This document shows, piece after piece, positions 8,276-18,868 of a DNA stretch of 20,000 nt. Under the pieces are notes generated by a model, which saw nothing but the letters and a program-made list of their open reading frames with translations, had not been told where the DNA came from and did no database searches. A program made the translations under genes and the position numbers. This stretch comes from Atractiella rhizophila (Eukaryota). The DNA lies in the NCBI GenBank assembly GCA_021432655.1, contig MU271445.1:44579-64578 (forward strand), given 5' to 3'. Numbering within the stretch: position 1 is the stretch's first letter; the number at the start of each line of letters is the position of its first letter.

Positions 8276-11052
8276 TTACCCCTTTCTATAAATTTCATCA
8301 GCCACGGCAAGCACATCCTTCATACCCTTAGTCTCATGCACTCTTACAATCTCTGCGGCACCGCTCCCGACTGCAGCAGTAACAGCAGCGGCTGTAGCCC
8401 AATCCCTCTCCGCCGGCGGGCCCTTAGGACGGCCCACAACTTGTCCCAAGAAGCTCTTTCTGGATGGCCCAAACAAGACGGGCAAGTTGGCGAGGAGCTG
8501 AGCATCCTTATCCGAGCCTAACTCGTTCTCTCCGAGACCATCTCTCGACCTGCCGACGGTGGAGGACAGGTTTCGGATAAGGTGGATAGATGTCGTGGCT
8601 CCGCCTTTCGCGAATCCGAGGCCAGGGTCGATGATTATGTTCCAACGCTTGATACCAGCATCCAACGCATCCCTTACACGTTCCGCCAACTCCTTCTTCA
8701 CTCCTTTCACGATCCCACCCTGCTCGTCATAATCCGCCAAAGATGCCATAGTGCTCGAATTCCCCCTCATATGCATGAGAACAATGGGACAATCGAGTTT
8801 TTTCACAGTCTCCAACATCTTCTCATCCCCTCTTCCTCCTGTCACATCATTCACTATGTTCGCTCCCGCCTCTACACAGGCTCTAGCGACGGACGCTCTG
8901 AAAGTGTCGATGCTGATGGGGGTTCGTACACCCTCCCTTCTCAACTTGTGGATGAGGGGCAACACCCTATTGAGCTCTTCTTCCTCTGACACCTCCTCCG
9001 CACCTGGCCGGGTGGAGTATCCCCCGAGGTCGAGGATGTCTGCTCCGTTGGAGATGTGCTCTAGACAGATTCGGTGGTTGCGATCGAGGTCTTTATATTC
9101 GGAGGGAGACCCGTCGGAGAAGGAGTCAGGGGTAAGGTTGATGATGGACATCAGAAGCGTTCGACGAGGTGGGAGGGCGAAAGTTAGGTTGGACGGGTAA
9201 GAGGGGGAGGATGTGTCAAGGGGCAGGTAGCGCGTTAGGGAGGAAGAGGTGGAGGCAGAGGATTTGATGAGGGCAGAGAGGAGGTCACTTGGTGTTCGAT
9301 CGCCCAATACCCCGATTTGACGGTCGGGGATGATGCTAAGAAGCATACCTCAGTGTCATCCAAGAATGTCAGGTGGATGCTCACTCAGCCAACGGACGAA
9401 GGACGAACTCCCTCTCCGTCATCCGCTCATGCGGGATCTTGAGCCACATCTCATTCCCGCCTTCGTCGACCTCATCCGTCCGCAACTGAAAGCTCTCGTC
9501 GCCATAGAGGAGGATGTCGAGGTCAAGGATACGAGGTCCGTTTGGCTTATAGGAGGATTCGGAGTCTGGAGTTGTTGGACGCGAAGAGAACGGAGAGGGA
9601 CGTCCGAAGGAGCGTTCGATTTGTTTGAGATAGGAGAGCAAAGCGGGTTGGGAGAGCGTGGTGGATATCTAGTTACGATTTACTATTTAATCAATCCAAT
9701 TCAAGGAAAGAAAAAATTGAGTATAGGAAGCCTACCTTGATGACGGCATTGAGGAAACGAGGTTGGTCGGTGACATACATCGGTTCGCTTTCATACAACC
9801 CGCTCGTCTCCTCCACCTTGACACGATCGTCCGCCTCCAACCTCTTCAGCGCGTTCCTCACATTCTCATACCTCTCACCCAAATTCGTGCCTAGCGCGAT
9901 AAAAGCCTCCTTCCTCCTATCCCACCTCTCCGTATACGTCTCCGTGTACGCCGTTGAGCTTGTGCTGAATGTCCTTCTCCCCGTTCCCCCAAATAGAGAA
10001 CGAGAGCGCTGAGACTCGGAAAAGAGCTCTTGCCGTGTCCGAAACATCTCCACGCTCGCTCCTGGCGTTGAAGAACTGGAGGACGGAACGGAGGGGATTG
10101 GGAAGGACCAGAGCACGGCGGAGGGCTTTGTGGCTCTTATTCGCGCTCGTGAGACGTCCCATTGGGTTTGTGAGGGCGAAAGGACGTATTTTTGGAGGGA
10201 GAGACAGAGAGATTCGATAGTGAGTGGGTGGAGCGTTTTGACGTGCTGCTCCACAACATCAGCGACATTCGACTCGACTTGGCTCGACACGATTCTGATT
10301 CAGCTCGATTCAACTCGACTCTACTTAACATGATTCTTATTCGCCTCGATAGTATCCAGTCCACTCCAGTCAAGTCGAGATGAGCCAAGTGTAGAAGGAT
10401 GGCTCACCTCGGTGAGTCCCTTAGCGAACGCTCGAAAGTCTAAATCCTCCGCCTGCTCCTTAAAGCCTGTCGTCTTCTCAGAGACCCAGACATCCGCATC
10501 GACCACGACTTCCTGTTCCTCCTCCCTCTCCTTCTCCCTCAAACCGATAATCGTCTGCGCGCTCAAAGCCCTGAACGCCCAAAAATCGTTCCGCCTATTC
10601 CTCGTCCCCAGCCTCCTTTCTGGCCGTGCCTTGGACGGGAACTGGTGATAATCCTCCCTCCCTCGCACCGCGCACCAACCGACGAGTGATCGACTTCCGA
10701 ACTTGAGCGCGCGGAGGTGCCAGAGCTCGATGTGCACGGGTCCGGAGATGTGACGACTGAAGAGGGCGAGGGAACACATCTCTTCACCGAGCTCAGAGAG
10801 GGAGGGGAAGGAGGAGGTGGAAGAGACGGTACGTTGGAAGAGCGCGGAAAGGGCGGAGTAGTCGCTGCTGCTTGAGCTAGGCCCGTCGAGCGTGTCGGTG
10901 TGGGCGATGGCGGAGGTGGCGCTGGAGGCGAAGTGGAAGTTGAGGAGGATGGGATGCGGTTTCGTGTTCTGATCAGCGGCTGAGGACCAGAGGGTCGAGG
11001 GCAGGTTGACGGTGAGGAAGAGGTTGTTGACTGATGTCGAATCGGACAACAT
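8276..11052 (-). CDS. FOL1: Trifunctional folate synthesis protein (DHNA-DHNA-HPPK-DHPS), 4 exons: 11052-10408, 10245-9736, 9668-9385, 9335-8276
   Basis: DHNA motifs IIGLREKEREEEQEVVVD, TIESL, TKPSA. HPPK motifs AFIALGTNLG, YESEPMYVTDQPRFLNAV, GPRILDLDILLY, IPHERMTEREFVLRPLADI. DHPS motifs IINLTPDSFSDG, GGYSTRPG, ISIDTFRA, LMHMRG, IIDPGLGFAK, GPSRKSF, IVRVH. The GT-AG introns are in phase. Confidence 0.97.
10267..10392. repeat. Degenerate pentanucleotide repeat (CTCGA/TCGAC-like) with an inverted arm, inside FOL1 intron 1
   Basis: tcgac tcgac ttggc tcgac acgat ... ctcga ttcaa ctcga ctcta (10269-10323). ACTTGGCTC 10277-10285 is the exact reverse complement of GAGCCAAGT 10382-10390. Confidence 0.75.
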
Positions 11053-11415
11053 GCAGAACTTGAAGCACAACTCAAAGGTATTATCGCTTTATCAGTGTAA
11101 CATGTAAATATGTAATAGTCCTATAATAATGTTTTTTGGGAGATTTTGTTCCAATCCTGATGTAGGTGAGTCATGGCCAATCATGATACTATTACTACGA
11201 GTTACGAGTACGACCACTTGGACAATAGATTATTCTTGCAATCCTCGTTAACCCTTGTTATTGTAGAATTTCTGCGCAATAGAAGAGTAGAACGGTAATT
11301 TGCCGGAAAAGCAAAAGATTGATCGCCGGAGCGCTCTGCTACGTTAACAGCCACGACGTGATAAAAGCCGGAACGCGACTCGAAGGGTTGGTGTCAAACG
11401 ACCTCATTTCAAGTT
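11053..11415. promoter_or_regulatory. Probable bidirectional promoter region between divergent FOL1 and DUF829 genes
   Basis: 363-bp gap between head-to-head ATGs. AT-rich with TATAATAAT at ~11122 and GCCGGA three times (11302, 11325, 11367). No specific sites can be assigned. Confidence 0.5.
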
Positions 11416-12420
11416 ATGGCAGCCGACCCTCCTGGATCAGCGAACGCGAGAGTAGCCAAAGAACCTCCTCCTTCATTCCAAGAGATCACACCTACGACCC
11501 TTTACTTTCCCACGAATCACGATGGGAGGATACCAAGTGACGAGCCTTCGATCATCTTGATATTCGGTGTGTACTGTACATCTCTATCGCGCTATACCTG
11601 ATGCTTATATGTCTCTTTGTTACTGTGCGCAGGATGGATGGATGCCCCACGACGTGCGCTCCTCAGCTACGTCTCCCTCCACCGTAGCCTCTTCCCTCGT
11701 TCACCCATCCTGCTCTTCACCACCTCCGCCTCCTTCTTCTTCCTCAGCCAAGCAAAGAAGCGATCCCAGCTCCTGCCCCTTCTCCCATTCTTCTTCGACT
11801 CCGTGGACCCCTCCAGAACTTACCTCCACCTCTTCTCCAACGGCGGGTGCGCAAAATACGCCTTATTCTCCAACCTGCTCCGCGATCACAAGTCTCAAGG
11901 GTTCCCAGTCGAGGGAAGGAGCAAGTTCGAACCCGTAGCTACGATCTTCGATTCGTGCCCAGGAAGCAGCGGTACCCTCCGCTCCTTCGTACATGCCTTC
12001 TCGGCACCCTTCTCCAAGTCCCTCCTCCTTCTCAAAATCGGGGTAAAATCCCTCCTAGTTTTCGTCTACATCCTCCTCCATACGCTCCGTCTCCTCCTCC
12101 GTTTGGTCGGTCGCAGATCTCAAACCCCAGTCGATATCCTTCGCGCCGCGCTCAACAAGAGGGGTCGCCTCATGCGACGCTTGTATATCTATTCGGATAA
12201 GGACGCTCTCGTACCTGCCGGAGAGGTGGAAAGACATGCGAAGGATGCTACCGATGTGGATGAGGAGAGGAGGGTGAAGTTGTGGAGGTTGGAGGGGAGC
12301 GAACATGTCGCGCATGCAAGGAAGGAGCCAGGGAGGTATCGGGAGGAGGTGAAGGGGTTTTGGGTGGAGTGTTGTGGTGCGGAGAAGAAGGAGTCCGATG
12401 AAAGTGACGCAGATGGTTGA
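11416..12420 (+). CDS. DUF829 / TMEM53-like alpha/beta-fold protein, 2 exons: 11416-11566, 11633-12420
   Basis: Spliced IILIFGWMDA, plus HLFSNGG, IFDSCPG, RLYIYSDKDALVP, SEHVAHARKEPGRY: the characteristic DUF829 motif series. Confidence 0.88.
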
Positions 12421-12704
12421 TCGTCTTCCTTGCTCATGGTGGTTGCTTCTGCTTCCTTCTCAGAAGCGTTCTCACTGCAAAAAATTGTTTCAGCGGGTAC
12501 TCAAGCTTAGAGAAGTAGAAGGCGTCGACCTGTTTCATGAGTATTTATTTTTTAGGATACAAAGTAGTTAATATAATGCTATTCCATCCTATTGTAGCTC
12601 TCGCAATGCCGCCCTAGAACAAATACATCCGTCTTGTTGACATGAGTCTCAATGGAAGGGTCTGTTGCACGTGAGTGGGGTGATCATGAGCTAACGAAGA
12701 AGAG

Positions 12705-13624
12705 ATGTCTCGACCTGACCCTCCGCCTCATCATGATTCCACTCCAGCTACAAGCACTACGCGCACCCAAACAATCTTCCAATCATACAAGGACTCCCTA
12801 AACAAAGCGTATGACCGACGGGAGCGACTGATCAAGACCTCTCGCGACGTGACCATCCATTCGAAGCGGCTCATCTTCCACCTCCACCGCGTCAAGTCTT
12901 CCCCACCGACTGACGTCTTTCGTGGCGCTTTGGAGCAGACACAGAAAATCTACGGGTTGTGGAGGCACGTAGGGGAGGAGGTGGAAGCTGCTTGTGTGGA
13001 GGAGGACATGAAGGGGATGGAGTGGAGATTTGGTCATGCTTGGAAGAGCGGCCTGCAAGAGTTCGTAAGCTCTTTGTCTTTATACTTGCTAGGTTGTATG
13101 AAGAGTTTTTGTTTATGTGCGGAAGATAGAGAGTCAGCTCCTCTACCATTGGCTTTTCCTCCTCTTGCGGCCTTCGAATCCAGACATAGCGGCTTATCCT
13201 CCTCCTCCAATACGACCCTCTCTTCCTCCGAACATACTGCTCACCCCGACAGATTGGATGGAAGGCATGGCAGATTTTACGGGTGAGGTCATGAGGCTAT
13301 CAGTAGCTGGATGGGGAGCTGATTTGAAGGGAGTAAACATGGCTGACCTCGTCAGAGCTGTGTTGGGAGGTCTGTCGTTTCGCTCTTCTCCCAACCCTTG
13401 TGTTCTAATGTTGTTGATGGTGCAAGAAATGCTGAAACTTGAACCGAGCGTTCCGAAGAAAGACAGGGATAAGCTCGTGATGGTTAAGCAGAATCTGAGA
13501 AAGATTGAAGAAGGTAAGTCTGGGTGTTCGCCGCTTACTCTGCCTGCGAGTTTCTCACGCAATTGTTCGCGGCACAGCGCGTTACAATGCCGAAATTAGG
13601 AAGGCTGAAAATGTCCAGCCATGA
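12705..13624 (+). CDS. TSNAX: Translin-associated factor X (TRAX, C3PO endoribonuclease subunit), 4 exons: 12705-13064, 13126-13369, 13427-13513, 13578-13624
   Basis: DRRERLIKTSRDVTIHSKRLIFHLHR, spliced GLQEFIES, DWMEGMADFTGEVMR, and spliced C-terminus KQNLRKIEEARYNAEIRKAE. Intron 2 is inferred (57 nt, stop-free). Confidence 0.88.
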
Positions 13625-13941
13625 GGAGAGCTTACGAAGACAAGCGGATCAGATGGGATGGACGAGGATGACTGAAGAACTCTGTCTGAGTTCCTATTTC
13701 TTGTAGGATGCCGTCAAATAGTTTAGTATCACCACCATAAATCGCAACATATATTCCGCAACTTCACTGAAATCGGCAGAAGAGCAATTGACATGGATGA
13801 AAGAAAGAAAGTGAATAATGTCGTGTCGCGACGCGCTGCGCCAAGTGGAAGGCCGGCGGCACATGAAAGTATGAAACGGGACAAGGCGTTGCAACTGTGA
13901 ATAAAAGTGCATAGCGAACGACCAGGAACTGAACGACCAAG

Positions 13942-16900
13942 ATGCCCTTCCCAGACCTGCAGCCGCCTCTCAACACCTTTACTGTGGGCTTGGGCGGCCT
14001 CACGGAGCTCACAAAGACCACGGCGAAGCATTTTCTGATGCCCTCTCACTCTCAAGACCTGTGCCCCTCCTCATTCCTTTCTTTCTAGAAGCTGAGTAGC
14101 TGGACAGGCCGGCGAATAAGGAGTTTGCTTATGATGCAGCATTCCATGTTATGCGAGGTGATTCCTCTCTTTTCGAAGGGAGGAGAGCTGAAGGAATCCA
14201 GATTTCAATGAACGGCTCGCACGACATACTGTGGAAGATGTACAGCGCTTTTCAGAGGCCTATGTGCCATCTCCTCCTTGTGAGTCGAATCTTTGCACTC
14301 CCTCTCAGCTACTCTGAAGAGCCTTGGTTGTCCAGGGATTCTCGTCCTCAAAACGATCATCTCTGCTGAGTCTTGTAAGGATGCGGACAACTACATTGTG
14401 CAAGCCATTGGAGAAGAGGACATGAACAAGGTCTTTGGTGGAACTCAATGGTGGAGGCGACGTCTCATCAATGGGGTTGAAGCAGAATGGATATCAATGA
14501 AGCGGTGCGGCTTCCTCTAGATTAACCAAGTCGATGGCTGAGGGAATCTTGGAGCAGGGACTGGAAAGGGCCGGATCTGCCTCAAGATTCGTCAGCCTCA
14601 TTGGACGATAACGAGCCTATGAGTCCGACGGGAGGGGAGGGTTTCGAATTCTTTTCACGCGTCCTCGGCTCTCGCCGTCAACATCCGCCGCAACCAGCAC
14701 CAGCAAACCCACCAGACTCAGTTCCCCTCCAAGGTTCGAAATCAGCGCCGCCAACGACGCCTTCTTCTCCCCCTACCACTTCTTCCAAACTTTCGCGTAG
14801 ACCCTCAATTGGGCAAAAGCTCTCCTCTTTCATGCGGAGGACGTCTAACGCAAGTCAGCATCCGAACCTCCCGCAAAGTACGATCACGACACCGAATACC
14901 AGTTCTCAGGATGAAAAGAAGCTGCCTAGTGGAATCGAAGCGGCTAGAGAGCAGCAATTGCCAAAGGCTGAGCGGACGGAGCATGATGAAGGAGAGTACG
15001 AGGAGCATTTGGACAGCATGCCTGTCATTCTGTACATTCAGTAGGTCATTCCTGCCATGTCTATTCTCGTTTGCTGAAAGGCAGACAGCGTGAGCTGCTT
15101 CTGCTTCTTCTTCCTTGACCTGAACGAGAGAAACAGGGAGGTGGTTTCTACTGGGGAGATATCAATACTCACAGGCAAGCATACCTTCTGCGGTCCTTTC
15201 CTTTCCGTTGTGACCACTTTTCTATTGGCAGATATACCATCTGGCGACATGCGCGCAAGATGGGAGGGCGAGCATTCGCCGTTCGCTATCGGCTGGCACC
15301 ACAGTTCCCTTTCCCTTGTGCTTTGGCAGACGTCCTCGCCGCGTATCTATACCTGATTCGCCCACCGAAAGATGCCAAACATCGTGCCATCGACCCGAAC
15401 AAGATCGTAATTGCAGGTGACTCGGCTGGTGGAAACCTCGCTCTAAATCTTCTCTGCGTGCTACGAGATCTAGACCTCCCCCTTCCTGCTGGAGGAGTCC
15501 TCATAAGCCCTTGGTGCGACCTCACTCACTCTTTTCCATCCGTCATCGCGAACGCAGACACGGACTTCTTGCGTATGTTACACTGTTTCAGTTCAGTTTA
15601 AAGTGACGAAATGGTGTACAGCACACTACGGATTCGTCCACAAGCCCTCCGCTCTATGGCCAGTGCCGTCGCTGCCCCATCCCCATCCAGAGAGCAAACG
15701 ATTCCGACCTATCGTCAGTGAATCAATCCGCCCGAAGAAGGGCGATAAACAGCGACCTGACGAAGCTACTGGAGAGGAGAAGGCAGACGATGACGGCCTC
15801 CTCAAGGTCATGATTGACGGTAAAACGATCGAGCTCTCCGAACAGATTCAAATGTATGCCACAACAGAACAACTGTGTTATCGATATGTGAACCCATTGA
15901 TGCAGCCTAGTTTGGGAGGTAAGTTGGATGATATCGATGGAAGCCTGCCGATAGACTGTCACAGGATTACCTCCTTTGCTCATCACCTGCGGTGATAAAG
16001 AACGCCTGCGGGATGAGATCATATATGTGTGTTCTTCAGCCACCTCAATGAGAAGGGCTAAACAACAGAGTAGCTTTCGCATAGGGCCTCAAACCCCTCG
16101 AAGTATCCCATTCGCCAATCTCTTCTAGATGCACAGGCAGAATACACGCAGAAGGCAGTACAGTATCGCCCAACAGACATCCACCTACAAATCTACGACG
16201 GCGTATGCCACGACTTCATCCTCTTCTCATTCACTACCCCTGCCAAATACCTCTTCCGGAGCGTCGCTAGCTTCACAAAATGGGTGCAAGCAGTACCCGA
16301 CACCCCTGTACAGACCGAAGAGCCGAATAATGGAGGAGTCGCTCTCAGTAGGAGACTTAGCGTCCTCAGGCTCGACAAAAAGGTCGAAGGACCAAGAAAC
16401 AAAGTCAGAGGATTGGATAAGACGTTCGCCCTTTCGTTGTCTGCATGCAACAGAAGTTGACCAGAGGCATAGCATCTATACCTCGTTGCAGCCATTCCAC
16501 GTACGTTCTTCCCCTCTTCTGAACAGCAATATTAATCCACATGTCCAGCGGCCAGTTTTTACTAATCACATGATACGAGAGCGGATCAATACATTCGGTG
16601 TGGTGCGGCCATTGGAGGCAGAAGAGGACATTGCTGTTTTACAACGACCGGTCGAGGAAGTGGGAGCCATACAAGAAGGGTAAGTGTATTGACATTGAAT
16701 ATCGGCGCATTATTGAAACATATTGGATAGCGCAATAAAGATGTACCTTGACGGATTTCGGCATCGAGACTCGAAGTACAAGTCTACTCTACGACGACTG
16801 GAGAGCGAAGTGGCAAAGAAGGAGAAGAAAGCTACAGCCGCAACGGAATCATTATTCCGACGGCGGAAACAGCCACCGCCGGACGACAACTTGACAGGAA

Positions 16901-17091
16901 TTACCAAGATACCAGGCCAACATCCGCCTCCTGGGTCGTTAGCTGGCCGAAGGAATACTGCTGACGCGAGAGAACTCATCAAAAGCTTCGAGGCACACAA
17001 GAACATGCCCATACACCCTCTTAATCTTTGGAGTGAGATTCACGACATCGGCGCCCTGGGGGATCGTCCCCCCAGACAAGAAAAATCTTGA
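13942..17091 (+). CDS. HSL-family (Abhydrolase_3) lipase/esterase, 14 exons: 13942-14060, 14108-14157, 14202-14279, 14336-14504, 14558-15040, 15089, 15137-15174, 15232-15572, 15622-15918, 15965-16026, 16074-16423, 16473-16500, 16549-16679, 16731-17091
   Basis: ILYIHGGGFYWG (needs the 1-nt exon), YRLAPQFPFPCALAD, nucleophile motif GDSAGG, LISPWCDL, GLPPLLITCGDKERLRDE, LQIYDGVCHD. I checked the phase of all 13 introns by hand (12 GT-AG, 1 GC-AG). Confidence 0.9.
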
Positions 17092-17593
17092 TTCATTACA
17101 ATCAGTATGTTCATCTCAGGGATTATGGATCAGGACGCCAACATGCATTCTTTCTGCTAGACTCGAGCCATAGCTTACCGGCTCAAACATCCTACTACTG
17201 ATTTTTGGTAGATATTGCTCCTGTGAATGTGATATTCGGATATGTCAATAATCTATCCTGTCAATGAAAAGCGAATCAGATTGCATTTCATGGCTGAACG
17301 TCGCATATTGGCTCGAGGGGTCGTTCAACCGACCTGCACTTGCGTTCATGACTTGACATCGTCGATTGTTGTACCAGAGAGGTGTAGGTTGGTGACGGAT
17401 ACTCAGGCTAGTTGAACTGCCGAAACCAACGAGGCACGTAGCTTAGCCTGCATTTCGCGTTTGTTTGCACCACTTGCCCTGGATTGTGCGGGGTTTGACA
17501 GATCGTTATAAAAGACGATCTCAACACTCAAGTTTTGCCCATACCACTTTTTCATCATTTGGGACTGTCCTAAGCGATCCTTGCCGGTGCACG

Positions 17594-18868
17594 ATGGTTA
17601 CTATCAGGTTTTGGAAGTACGACCCTGGCGGGTCTGCTGATAAACATGGCAGAGATGCTGGCATCTCCAGGTGTTGTTATGCTTCCGAAGTTTGGTCGTA
17701 TCTTTTGTAAGCCTCCTTTCCGTATCATAACCCAACGTAACTTGTCACCTCAGTTGCATTCTGTCAAACGAAAGGAAGGCTCCCCCAAGGTCTCGACTTG
17801 TTGAAAGATGGATCTGTGGCTACTTGCGGAGGGTCCGATTGCGCCTCCGCCACTGCACCAGCTTCAAAGCCTCCCGCCACCAGATCTATATCAAAAGCAA
17901 CCTTGAGAACCAATTCCTCATCATGGATAACCACTTCCAGTATTCAGGAGTGGATACAACTCTTGACCCCCTTTATATCCAGCCGTCTCGTCTTCTTTTC
18001 ACAGGTCAGTGCAACTTATATTTCCAAGGTTGCTAATGCTCGTTTAGATCCTCACCGCTATCACCACATAATGAACTACCTCAGATTCGCTCAGTTTCTT
18101 TGCGCCCTTGGTAAGTACCGTGGTCCATCCACACAGACATGAATGTTTGGTGCAGTTGGACAAAGTCCAGACGTTTCGGGCACGACAGCGATTTCACAAT
18201 CGAACTACCAATGCCTTGACCTTCCCGCATCCTCTAACCTTTCGCTCCATGCCACTACGAACGAACGAACGGCAGTGGAAGAGAGTTCCCAACAGAACAA
18301 AGATCCTGTGCCAGAAATCGGTCACTTCCAGCTCAACCAAACGTCCATGGTATCGGACTCCCCTTCTTTGCCCCCGCTACTACATCCTACAATTCATCAA
18401 AATGCATTCATGGTCAAGATCCGAGCTCATCAGCGAGTCCCGGGATATATCCAGTTGGGTCAGGGTGAAGACCTCTTCCTTCGAGTAGAAGGGTCTCGCC
18501 TTGTTCCTCTTTCCGCCAGCAAATACTCCCCTTGGGATGTAAACCATATCCTTCTTTCACAGCACCGGTATCCGTGCGTTCGCTTTCGTAAGGAGAAGGT
18601 CTACCCTTGGTCCAAGACGAAGGACGCTAGGAGTGCATGGGTATTCGGCGTTGTTTTCGCACATAACCAGTGTACTTGTCGGAGACCTTTTCAATGGTTT
18701 CATTCAGAATACATTCGTCCAATGGATGCTGTGGAGGAAGACGAACATCTAGGATCGAGACCGTTCGTTCGACCAGCAGAGATGCTTATACATTTGAAAA
18801 AATGCAGCTTGTCCGATTTATTGCCAGGTTTCGTCAAAATTCTCTCAGCCATCTCTGGAACACGTTGA
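17594..18868 (+). CDS. Hypothetical protein, probable exons 17594-17706, 17754-18004, 18048-18110, 18156-18868 (3' structure uncertain)
   Basis: Three 43-47 nt introns with good donors (gtaagc, gtcagt, gtaagt) and YAG acceptors join four separate ORFs into one frame. No family recognised. A further intron 18828-18922 could replace the C-terminus. Confidence 0.6.

Noticed and set aside
10267..10392. CRISPR-like array
   Set aside because: 5-nt degenerate period with no spacers, inside a eukaryotic intron.
8336..10648. Plus-strand ORFs overlapping FOL1 (e.g. 8582-8989, 8751-9200, 9330-9740)
   Set aside because: Antisense shadows of a GC-rich real gene with no motifs of their own.
11193..11213. 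Short TACGAG tandem repeat in the divergent promoter
   Set aside because: Three imperfect copies, within chance expectation.
15041..15136. Frameshifted pseudogene, or a single 96-nt intron, as the explanation at HGGG
   Set aside because: The rest of the gene is intact, and the internal AG-C-GTGAGC gives two normal-length introns and exactly the base needed.
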